NCBI GenBank assembly: GCA_004376325.1
Contig: SOKC01000031.1
Span: 1 to 49,086 of the forward strand
DNA: 49,086 nucleotides
Source: Actinomycetota bacterium
GTDB lineage: Bacteria; Actinomycetota; Humimicrobiia; Humimicrobiales; Humimicrobiaceae
Direction: 5' to 3'
The notes below the pieces were generated by a model. That model saw only the letters and a list, made by a program, of their open reading frames with translations. It was not told the origin of the DNA and made no database searches. Shown here piece after piece: positions 7,335-15,252 of the stretch. Each line of letters opens with the position of its first letter. Position 1 is the stretch's first letter. The translations under genes were made by a program, and so were the position numbers.

Positions 7335-8276
7335 TTAACAAGTTTTCAAATAAGCGATAATTTCGTCTAAATCAGCTATAGCTAATCCAACTACTGAATC
7401 AGCAGCGCCGTAATAAATCAAAAGTTCGTTTGTTTTCTTGTTAACAACAGCTCCACAAGGAAAAACAACATCATCTACATCACCCACTCTTTCATAATCT
7501 TCTTTAGGACCCAAAACCCATTCCTTACTTCGGTGAATTAACTGGAGAGTATCCAGGTCTAATAAAGACATGCTAATCCGATAAATACTTCCAGAAGCTG
7601 TCTTCCTTACTCCATGATAAATAATCAACCAGCCCTCAGGCGTTTCAATAGGTTGAGGTCCTAAACCTACTTTAGTCTCATCCCAACTCCTATGTCCAGC
7701 AGGAATAAGTACCTTATGGTCACCCCAATTTTTTAGATCGGGTGAAAAAGAAATCCAAATATCAGCTCTACCCTCAACAATAGGCCTGTGAATAAGAGCA
7801 TAACGCCCTTTAAAAGTTTTAGGAAATAAAGAAGCATCTTTATTTGGTGGCATCAATGGCCGACTCATGCGTTTAAAACTAAAAAAATCTTTAGTTGCGA
7901 TCAGAGAAACACCGGGGGGCTCATCTGCCACACCATCACAGAAGGAAACACAACTAATCACATATTCTTGCCGTTTTTCTAACCAAACAATTCTTGGGTC
8001 TTCTAATCCAAATATGGCTTCGCCTTTGCTTCTATCTGCCTCCAACGTAGGTTTGGAGTCTATTTGCCAATTTGTTTTTCCGCCTTTACTCCTGGCGCAG
8101 GTTAAATGGGAGTATCCTTGCCTATCTTTAACTCTCACCAAAAGTAACACCTCATCATTAAATTTTATTGCTCCAGGATTAAATACTGTCCCTACTTTAT
8201 AAGGCCAAATTTCCGCCGTCAAAATGGGATTTCCTTCATAGCGTTTAAAAAGCTCTGGGCATCTTTCTCTATTCAT
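7335..8276 (-). CDS. GH130-family beta-mannoside phosphorylase/hydrolase (five-bladed propeller, former DUF377)
   Basis: YEGNPILT, VFNPGAIKFNDEVLLLVRV, GLEDPRIV, NKDASLFP, GWLIIYHGV and LIYYGAADSVVGLA are the characteristic GH130 blocks; 313 aa. Confidence 0.8.
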   Translation of the reverse strand: MNRERCPELFKRYEGNPILTAEIWPYKVGTVFNPGAIKFNDEVLLLVRVKDRQGYSHLTCARSKGGKTNWQIDSKPTLEADRSKGEAIFGLEDPRIVWLEKRQEYVISCVSFCDGVADEPPGVSLIATKDFFSFKRMSRPLMPPNKDASLFPKTFKGRYALIHRPIVEGRADIWISFSPDLKNWGDHKVLIPAGHRSWDETKVGLGPQPIETPEGWLIIYHGVRKTASGSIYRISMSLLDLDTLQLIHRSKEWVLGPKEDYERVGDVDDVVFPCGAVVNKKTNELLIYYGAADSVVGLAIADLDEIIAYLKTC

Positions 8277-8323
8277 CTTCTTACCTCATTTTTTTGTTTG
8301 TTAAAGAACTCTTCTTATTTCAG

Positions 8324-8351
8324 ATTTTAATAAATTCACGAACTTTGTCAA
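8324..8351 (-). promoter_or_regulatory. Putative promoter TTGACA-16-TAAAAT for the GH130/GT transcription unit
   Basis: Minus strand TTGACA (8351..8346), a 16-nt spacer, TAAAAT (8329..8324). About 45 nt upstream of the GH130 ATG, with a GAGGT SD. Confidence 0.4.
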
Positions 8352-8445
8352 AGTGTATTCTAATATTAAATAACTCTACATTCTTGTAGAGAATTATCTT
8401 TTATATCTTTTCATTGAAAGCTCTAAAAAGATTAAGTTATATTAG

Positions 8446-8499
8446 GAAATAATTCATTTAAAAATTATTAAAATTTAAATCCTTTTTTTCACTATTTTA
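8446..8499. repeat. Direct repeat copy 2 (partner of 1219..1272; exact core 8459..8496)
   Basis: gaaataAttcatTtaaaaattattaaaatttaaatcctttttttcactattTta. Same orientation as copy 1. Confidence 0.85.
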
Positions 8500-8555
8500 C
8501 TCTCTAAATCAACTTTAAGAATTTATTGTTTGGTTGGTATTTGCATAAATTTTTA

Positions 8556-8891
8556 CTATTTAAAATTACGCAGATAATTTTTAATTCTGTTATTATCTTC
8601 GTTTTCTTTACCGTCCTTAAAATATAATTGTATAAACTCAACCTTTTGCTTATTTTCACAATAAGCATAAATAATTCGCAATGAAGAGCCTTTTAAATAA
8701 CAACAAAAAAGACGGCCTTTTATAATTTTTACCGTTTCTTTTGCTATTAGGACTACAAAATGCTTGCCGGTGCCAAGTGGAAATTTTGAAACAACTTTTT
8801 TAAATTCAAGCAGATCATCAACCAATGATTTATATTTCCTTGATAATCGTTTGAAATCTTTAGAAAATTCTTCAGTTTCATCAAAGTTCAT
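8556..8891 (-). CDS. RelE/ParE-superfamily toxin (type II TA)
   Basis: 111 aa. FSKDFKRLSRKY...LLEFKKV N-terminal helices, then KIIKGRL...GSSLRIIYAY....VEFIQLYFK beta core typical of RelE-fold toxins. Overlaps the upstream antitoxin gene by 11 nt. Confidence 0.7.
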   Translation of the reverse strand: MNFDETEEFSKDFKRLSRKYKSLVDDLLEFKKVVSKFPLGTGKHFVVLIAKETVKIIKGRLFCCYLKGSSLRIIYAYCENKQKVEFIQLYFKDGKENEDNNRIKNYLRNFK

Positions 8892-9669
8892 CTTCGTAAT
8901 TTCTTACAGAATGATCCATGTCGCGGTAAAATACGCTTTCATAGCTGATAATCTCGCCATCTTTATGAACTCGCCACGGCACATCGCTGTGAGAATATTC
9001 TGTTAATTCATTAGCATTTTTACCTGAAAGACGGGCAAGCACTTCATCTATATGCTTTACTTCTCGTGCGGATAATCTTCTTAAATCGGACTCGCGGCAC
9101 GGCAGATACTTTTTTTGGTCATACTGAAAATACTTGCTTTTAACTCTCTCTATCTCACCTTTCTCTTCCATCTCCTCAACAATTTTTTTGAATTCTAACG
9201 GTGTTGGCCCATAATGATTTTTAATATACCGCGCACCAGTCAGTTGTTCTTCAAATTTCTCATAAAAGTCGAAGTCTATAAAATAAAGTAGTTTATATAA
9301 AGCAGTTTCACCAATATTTGGCTTTGCTCCTACTTTTTCTAAAATATATAACAAAACTTCTTTAAATTTTTTAACATTGGCACGCGGAATAATAATGCGG
9401 ATTCCTGTCGCTTTAGATGTCTTGTGTATCTTTTCTTTTTCCAAAACAATCTTTGTTTTTGTAGCTTTCTTCGACATTAAAAGATTCTCTAGTCCCATAC
9501 TAAAAATACTCGCAAGTTTTCTTGCCTCAGATATAGTCAATTCCCGTTCTCCTTTTTCTATCTGCATATAAGTAGGCCTAGACATTCCTAATTCTTTAGC
9601 GATGTACTCTTGCGAAAAGCCATTTTCTTCTCTTAATAGTTTAATTTTTTTATATAAATCTTTAGCCAT
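8881..9669 (-). CDS. XRE-family HTH fused to a DUF4065/Panacea (SocA-like) antitoxin domain
   Basis: N-terminus LREENGFSQEYIAKELGMSRPTYMQIEKGERELTISEARKLASIF (Cro/C1 HTH). C-terminal half ALYKLLYFIDFDFYEKFEEQLTGARYIKNHYGPTPLEF...YSHSDVPW matches the DUF4065 pattern. Confidence 0.7.
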   Translation of the reverse strand: MAKDLYKKIKLLREENGFSQEYIAKELGMSRPTYMQIEKGERELTISEARKLASIFSMGLENLLMSKKATKTKIVLEKEKIHKTSKATGIRIIIPRANVKKFKEVLLYILEKVGAKPNIGETALYKLLYFIDFDFYEKFEEQLTGARYIKNHYGPTPLEFKKIVEEMEEKGEIERVKSKYFQYDQKKYLPCRESDLRRLSAREVKHIDEVLARLSGKNANELTEYSHSDVPWRVHKDGEIISYESVFYRDMDHSVRNYEDEL

Positions 9670-9677
9670 CTTCCTTA

Positions 9678-9729
9678 ATTATATTGTGTAAAAGATTCTT
9701 GTCAAGTGGATAAGTAGAAATACTTGACA
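9678..9729 (-). promoter_or_regulatory. TA promoter TTGACA-16-TATAAT with an overlapping 8-bp inverted repeat (candidate operator)
   Basis: -35 at 9705..9700 and -10 at 9683..9678, with only 8 nt (TAAGGAAG) before ATG 9669. TGTCAAGT (9700..9707) and ACTTGACA (9722..9729) are perfect inverted repeats spaced 14 nt, overlapping the -35. Confidence 0.45.
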
Positions 9730-9895
9730 TAATAATGTATTTTACTAAAGAAAATATATTTAGTACGATAATATAATTTTATTCTACAAATAAAAATTGC
9801 CCAACTGGAGGCTGTTGTCTATGTTTATTCTTCAATGAATTGAGTTAATTAAAACTACTTTAGGTTGGTTAAGTTTTCTTATTATTTAGTCTCTT

Positions 9896-10309
9896 TTAAA
9901 AAGCATTCTCTATATGCTCAATTTTTAAGATGCTTTTATCTTGCGGGGTATTTAATTCAGTCATTCCATTCCACATATTATCTTTTTCTACCATTTTTTT
10001 AATTAAACTCCTGTTGATAATTATAGATATAACATTAAACCTGGGATTGAACCCTGAAAGTTTTTTGCTTGCAATATAAAAACTGGCTAATCTCTTTATT
10101 CTGGAAACCTTTAATTTATTTATGGTCTCCAGCGGGTCTCCGTAATCCAAATTCGTCCTGGTCTTAACTTCTATAAAAATTAAACATTTATCCTTTTTGG
10201 CTATTATATCTATTTCACCGTATCTATTTCTATAATTCTTATCTAAAATGAAATACCCTTCTTCTTTCAAATGTTTCCGGGCAATAAACTCCCCTATTTT
10301 TCCTATAAT
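9896..10309 (-). CDS. yraN: YraN-family (UPF0102) endonuclease-like protein; start uncertain
   Basis: GEIDIIAKKDKCLIFIEVKTR core. The conserved N-terminal helix IGKIGEFIARKHLKEEGY lies upstream of the first canonical start (TTG 10270), in a frame open only from 10330. Confidence 0.75.
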   Translation of the reverse strand: MIGKIGEFIARKHLKEEGYFILDKNYRNRYGEIDIIAKKDKCLIFIEVKTRTNLDYGDPLETINKLKVSRIKRLASFYIASKKLSGFNPRFNVISIIINRSLIKKMVEKDNMWNGMTELNTPQDKSILKIEHIENAF

Positions 10310-10325
10310 TTTCCTGTTAAAACTA

Positions 10326-10949
10326 TTAACTTAAAACACCTCTAAAAGATACTCTATGAATCAGAGTGGGTCCATACTTTTGAAGAGATTTTAAATGTTT
10401 TCTGGTGCCATAACCCTTGTTATGTTCAAATCCATATTCAGGATAATATTTCGACAGCTTAGACATTATCTGGTCTCTGATTACCTTCGCAACTATTGAT
10501 GCAGCTGCAATGGAAATGCTGAACTGATCGCCATTAACCATGGGTAAATATCCGGTACCTAAATCTATATTAATGAAATCTGATAAAACAATATCCGGTT
10601 TTATTTTTAAGCTGCCAATTGCTCTTTTAAATGCAATTGCATTAGCTTTTGTTATTGACAGACGATCAATTTCATCAGGAGGTATCCTTACTACTGACCA
10701 ACACAGGCAGCTTCTAATTATTTTTTTAAAAATATGCTTTCTTTTGTTTTCAGTGAGTTTCTTCGAGTCATTTATATTTTCTATTATTAGCTTCCTTTTA
10801 TCCAGAATGACAGCCGCTGCAACCAGGGGTCCTGCTAAAGAGCCTCTTCCCACTTCATCAACCCCGGCTATTTTTTCATAGCCCGCAATATACAGATCAT
10901 CCTCATATCTGCATAAATTCACCAGTCTTTGTATTTCTTTAAATTCCAT
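10326..10949 (-). CDS. rnhB: Ribonuclease HII
   Basis: AGVDEVGRGSLAGPLVAAAV catalytic motif; 207 aa. Confidence 0.9.
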   Translation of the reverse strand: MEFKEIQRLVNLCRYEDDLYIAGYEKIAGVDEVGRGSLAGPLVAAAVILDKRKLIIENINDSKKLTENKRKHIFKKIIRSCLCWSVVRIPPDEIDRLSITKANAIAFKRAIGSLKIKPDIVLSDFINIDLGTGYLPMVNGDQFSISIAAASIVAKVIRDQIMSKLSKYYPEYGFEHNKGYGTRKHLKSLQKYGPTLIHRVSFRGVLS

Positions 10950-10964
10950 AATAATATAAAAAAT

Positions 10965-11510
10965 TTACCACCTGGATGGAGGCCAGTAAATTATAACAAA
11001 CTCCCCAAATATATCATCTTCTGCAATTGTTCCAAAAAATCTGCTATCAAAACTGTTATTCCTGTTGTCTCCCATTACAAATACCTCACCTTCACCGACA
11101 ACTATGGTCTGGTTTACATAGGATATATTTTGATTGACTGGCAGGTAGCTTTCAGAGATTTTTTCACCACTTATGAAAATTTCACCTTCGCTGGTTAGAG
11201 TAATTTCATCACCTTCTACAGCAATAACTCTCTTAACCAGTTCTTTTTGTTCCAAAGGAGAATGAAATGCTACAATGTCTTCTCTTTTAACAGCGCCAAA
11301 TTTATATGCAAGTTTATTTATTATGACTTTATCTCCGACTTTTAAGTTAGGTTCCATAGAAGGAGTGGGAACAATGAAAGGTTCAAATATAAAAATTCTA
11401 ATTAAAGTGGCTGATATTATTGCTGCTAAAATAACAATAGCGTATCTTAAAAATTCTTTTAAGATTTTATTTTTGGCATTAACCTGTTTATTCTTAATCT
11501 TAAGAGGCAT
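10965..11510 (-). CDS. lepB: Signal peptidase I
   Basis: N-terminal TM segment, SMEPNL (Ser box) and GDNRNNSFDSR box. Confidence 0.9.
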   Translation of the reverse strand: MPLKIKNKQVNAKNKILKEFLRYAIVILAAIISATLIRIFIFEPFIVPTPSMEPNLKVGDKVIINKLAYKFGAVKREDIVAFHSPLEQKELVKRVIAVEGDEITLTSEGEIFISGEKISESYLPVNQNISYVNQTIVVGEGEVFVMGDNRNNSFDSRFFGTIAEDDIFGEFVIIYWPPSRW

Positions 11511-11538
11511 TAATATAAAAAGTCAAATCATTACATAT

Positions 11539-11880
11539 TTACTTAGACTTAATTTTTGATTTTTTACCAATTCTATCTCTAAGGTAATATAATTTAGCCC
11601 TCCTTACTGCGCCTTCGTTAACCTTTTCGATAGACTGAATTACAGGTGAATTTAAAAGAAATGTTCTTTCAACACCCACACTATTAAAAGAGATCTTTCT
11701 TACCATAAATGTTTTATTAATGCCAGAGCCTTTAATACTTATTACAATTCCTTCAAAGACCTGAATTCTGTCCTTATTTTCCTCGCTAATTTTTATCTTG
11801 ACTCTTACTTTATCTCCCGGACTAAATTCGGGTATATCAGTCTTTAAATATTTACTTTCTATTTTATCTAATTTATTCAC
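11539..11880 (-). CDS. rplS: 50S ribosomal protein L19
   Basis: IPEFSPGDKVRVKIKISEENKDRIQVFEGIVISIKG pattern; 113 aa. Confidence 0.9.
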   Translation of the reverse strand: MNKLDKIESKYLKTDIPEFSPGDKVRVKIKISEENKDRIQVFEGIVISIKGSGINKTFMVRKISFNSVGVERTFLLNSPVIQSIEKVNEGAVRRAKLYYLRDRIGKKSKIKSK

Positions 11881-11938
11881 CTTATACTCCAGCCTATCTC
11901 TTTTTCATTCTAATAAGAACCAAACAAATATAATGAAT

Positions 11939-12640
11939 TTAACCATCTTTGTCAATTAAATCCGGCCTTCTTATTCTGGTTATTTCCAGTGATTTTTCTT
12001 TTCTCCACTTTTGAATATCTTTATGGTTTCCGCTTAAAAGAATTTTAGGAACAGCCATTCCCTTAAAAACTGGTGGTCTTGTGTACTGGGGATAATCAAG
12101 CAGATTGTCCTCAAATGATTCCAACTTTAAAGATTCTTCTTTTCCGACTACACCTGGAAGCAGTCTTATCACTCCATCTATTATAACCATTGCCGGAATT
12201 TCACCTCCGGTTAATACATAATCACCTATGGAGATCTCAAAATCAATAAGAGAATCTATCACTCTTTCATCAACACCTTCATACCTTCCACAAATAAGTA
12301 TTATATTTTCAAGATTTACCAGATACTTTAATTTATTCTGGTTCATCTTTTCTCCCATGGGAGCGAGCAATATCGTTTTCTGCTTTTCTTTCTTTTTAAT
12401 TTTATTCTTTTTTTTAATGAAAGTAATCGCACCATCTATTGGTTCCGGCATCAGTACCATACCTGGACCTCCACCATATGGCCTATCATCAACCCTGCCG
12501 CGCTTATAATTCGAGAAATCTCTTAAGTTGTATATATTCAGCTGGCAGATATTTTTTTTAAAAGCTTCCTTTAGCACCCCAAACTCGATAATATTATCGA
12601 ACATATCTGGGAAAATGGTCACCACATCTATTTTTAGCAT
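11939..12640 (-). CDS. trmD: tRNA (guanine37-N1)-methyltransferase
   Basis: IDVVTIFPDMF, VDDRPYGGGPGMVL and SIGDYVLTGGE motifs. Confidence 0.9.
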   Translation of the reverse strand: MLKIDVVTIFPDMFDNIIEFGVLKEAFKKNICQLNIYNLRDFSNYKRGRVDDRPYGGGPGMVLMPEPIDGAITFIKKKNKIKKKEKQKTILLAPMGEKMNQNKLKYLVNLENIILICGRYEGVDERVIDSLIDFEISIGDYVLTGGEIPAMVIIDGVIRLLPGVVGKEESLKLESFEDNLLDYPQYTRPPVFKGMAVPKILLSGNHKDIQKWRKEKSLEITRIRRPDLIDKDG

Positions 12641-12685
12641 CTTTCAAATGAAAAGGTTTTAAAATGTGATAATAAAATAACAAAT

Positions 12686-13249
12686 TCAAATATATTCCGG
12701 AATTTTTTTTAATATTATTTTTTTATCTTTTAGATTTATACTTTCAATATAATCTTCAATAACCGGAATATAGAGAATACTACTGCCTGAATCTCCTGAA
12801 TCTCTTATATCTAAATCCTTATTCTCTATTTTTACTGCTAAATTATCATTTGCTGCAAATTTCTCCACATTCACTACCTTACCAACAAAAATATTATTTT
12901 TTGTATAAACCAGACAATTTATTATATCGTCTACCCAGTACTCATCCTCTTTTAGTTTAGGACTGTCTTTTACACTCCGGAAGAGACTGGTACCTTTTAA
13001 TTTTTCAGCATCATTTCTGCTGTCTATGCTTTTAAATTTAATTACTGGTATGTAAGATCTTTTTATTTTCTTCCATCTAATACTTTCAACCTCTATTTTC
13101 TTCTTACATTTTTCATCAAAAAAAAGAGTATCTCCCCTTTTAACAGTTTTGGGATAATCAATAAGCAACATTACAGTTATTTCTCCTTTTATTCCATGCG
13201 GCTTACCGATTATCCCAATTAACCTTGCATCTACACTTACTTCTGACAT
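12686..13249 (-). CDS. rimM: 16S rRNA processing protein RimM
   Basis: IGIIGKPHGIKGEI N-terminus plus a PRC barrel; conserved position between the KH gene and trmD. Confidence 0.85.
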   Translation of the reverse strand: MSEVSVDARLIGIIGKPHGIKGEITVMLLIDYPKTVKRGDTLFFDEKCKKKIEVESIRWKKIKRSYIPVIKFKSIDSRNDAEKLKGTSLFRSVKDSPKLKEDEYWVDDIINCLVYTKNNIFVGKVVNVEKFAANDNLAVKIENKDLDIRDSGDSGSSILYIPVIEDYIESINLKDKKIILKKIPEYI

Positions 13250-13297
13250 TTATTAATGCCTGTTTAAAAAAACTATCTATATTTATATATTAAATTA

Positions 13298-13531
13298 TCA
13301 ATCCATAATCTTAACAATAGAGGATTTACCTCTTTTAGCAGATGCAGCTCTCATTAAAACTCTCAGAGCATTTGCGGTTCTTCCTTTTTTCCCAATTACT
13401 TTTCCCAGATCATCTTCTGCTACTTTTAGTTTAAAAATCACTGTTCTTTCATCTTCCTCCTCTTCTGTAATGTCAACATCATCCGGGCTGTCAACTAGCT
13501 CTTTTACTATGTACTCTAGTAGTTCTTTCAC
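13298..13531 (-). CDS. KH-domain RNA-binding protein (UPF0109/YlqC type)
   Basis: GKVIGKKGRTANALRVL KH motif; 77 aa, sitting between rpsP and rimM. Confidence 0.85.
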   Translation of the reverse strand: MKELLEYIVKELVDSPDDVDITEEEEDERTVIFKLKVAEDDLGKVIGKKGRTANALRVLMRAASAKRGKSSIVKIMD

Positions 13532-13559
13532 TATTTACCTCCAGTTTAAGTTGTGATAA

Positions 13560-13805
13560 CTACTTCTTTAAATCAATTTTATCAAAAAGTCTTTGAACTG
13601 TATCTGTTGGTCTTGCACCTTTCTTAATCCAACAAAGAGCCTTGTCTTTATCCACTTCTATTCTCGATGGATCACCTTTCGGATCATATATGCCTATTTT
13701 TTCAATGAACTTTCCATCTCTTGGCGACCTGATATCCGCTACCACAATTCTGTAAAAGGGCCTCTTTTTTGAACCCATTCTAGCCAACCTGATCTTTACA
13801 CTCAA
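13560..13805 (-). CDS. rpsP: 30S ribosomal protein S16
   Basis: [21 protein letters not shown]; TTG start preceded by GGAGG. Confidence 0.9.
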   Translation of the reverse strand: MSVKIRLARMGSKKRPFYRIVVADIRSPRDGKFIEKIGIYDPKGDPSRIEVDKDKALCWIKKGARPTDTVQRLFDKIDLKK

Positions 13806-13891
13806 TCCATAACCTCCAAATTCCTAAATAGATAGCTTCATGCTTTCATAATTATATATTTTTCTATAAAACTTGCAAAACATTTTTTTGC

Positions 13892-15220
13892 CTAAAAATT
13901 ACCAAGAGGTAAATTAAATTTCCCTTTCAGCCCTGAAAATTGTTTTAACATCTGTTTTGTTTTGCTAAATTGTTCCAGTAGTTTATTTACTTCTGATACA
14001 GAATTGCCGCTTCCTTTTGCTATTCTCTTTTTTCTGCTGCCGTTAATTATATGCGGTTTTCTTCTTTCATCCACAGTCATAGAATTAATTATAGCTTCTA
14101 TATGAGACAGGTGCGAATCATCTAAATTTACTTTTTTAAATATTTTACTTTTATTGACTATGGGCATCATCGAAAATATCTTATCTATTGACCCCATCTT
14201 CTTTAAACTTCTTAGCTGCACAACAAAATCCTCAAAATTTAATTCATTCCTGTAAATTTTCTCTTCGATTCTCTTTGCCTCTTTTTCACTTACTACTTTT
14301 TCCGCTTTTTCAATCAGTGTTAAAACATCGCCCCTACCTAATATTCTGGAAGCTATCCGGTCCGGGTAAAATATATCAAAATCCTCGATTTTCTCCCCAT
14401 TGGATACAAATTTTACCGGTTTTTTAACCACATAATATACCGAGAGCGCAGCGCCTCCCCTGGTATCACTGTCCAATTTAGTCAGGATTATTCCATCACA
14501 TCCAACCCGCAGGTTAAAACTGGAAGCAATATTTACAGCTTCCTGACCGGTCATGGCATCCAATACCAGATATATTTGATGTGGCGTGGTCTTATTTCTG
14601 ATATTTGCAATCTCATTCATCATATTTTCATCAATATGTAACCTTCCAGCAGTATCAATTATGATTACATCACTCCCGGATTTTTTAAATAATTCTACCC
14701 CTTTTACCGATATTGATACCGGGTCTGAATTATTTTCAGAATAAACATCCACATCTATATTTTTTGCCATATCTTCCAGTTGTAATACTGCAGCCGGCCT
14801 GTATACATCTGCAGCTACCACAGATACCTTCTTCTGGAATTTGGTTTTTAAAAAATTAGCTAATTTAATAACAGAGGAGGTTTTTCCAGAGCCATGAAGC
14901 CCAACAGCCATTATAATTGTAGGCCCTCTGGAAGCAAAACTAATACCGCCACTGCTTGAACCCAGCATTCTTATAATCTCTTCATTTACTATTTTTACTA
15001 CATGCTGATAAGGAGTTATGCTCTCCAATATCTTCTCGCCTGTTGCCTTCGCCTTTACATTTTCTATAAATTCTTTAACCACTTTAAAATTTACATCAGC
15101 TTCCAGCAAAGCCAGTTTGATTTCCCTTAAAGCACTGTCTAAATCATTAGGGCTTAATTTCCCTTTATTTCTTATTTTATAAAACAAATCTTCAAATTTG
15201 GCTGTGAGCAGATCAAACAT
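13892..15220 (-). CDS. ffh: Signal recognition particle protein Ffh
   Basis: GLHGSGKTS, DTAGR and TKLDSDTRGGAALS G-domain motifs plus a Met-rich M domain. Confidence 0.95.
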   Translation of the reverse strand: MFDLLTAKFEDLFYKIRNKGKLSPNDLDSALREIKLALLEADVNFKVVKEFIENVKAKATGEKILESITPYQHVVKIVNEEIIRMLGSSSGGISFASRGPTIIMAVGLHGSGKTSSVIKLANFLKTKFQKKVSVVAADVYRPAAVLQLEDMAKNIDVDVYSENNSDPVSISVKGVELFKKSGSDVIIIDTAGRLHIDENMMNEIANIRNKTTPHQIYLVLDAMTGQEAVNIASSFNLRVGCDGIILTKLDSDTRGGAALSVYYVVKKPVKFVSNGEKIEDFDIFYPDRIASRILGRGDVLTLIEKAEKVVSEKEAKRIEEKIYRNELNFEDFVVQLRSLKKMGSIDKIFSMMPIVNKSKIFKKVNLDDSHLSHIEAIINSMTVDERRKPHIINGSRKKRIAKGSGNSVSEVNKLLEQFSKTKQMLKQFSGLKGKFNLPLGNF

Positions 15221-15252
15221 TTATAAAATCCCTTTCTATTATGAGTTTCAAA

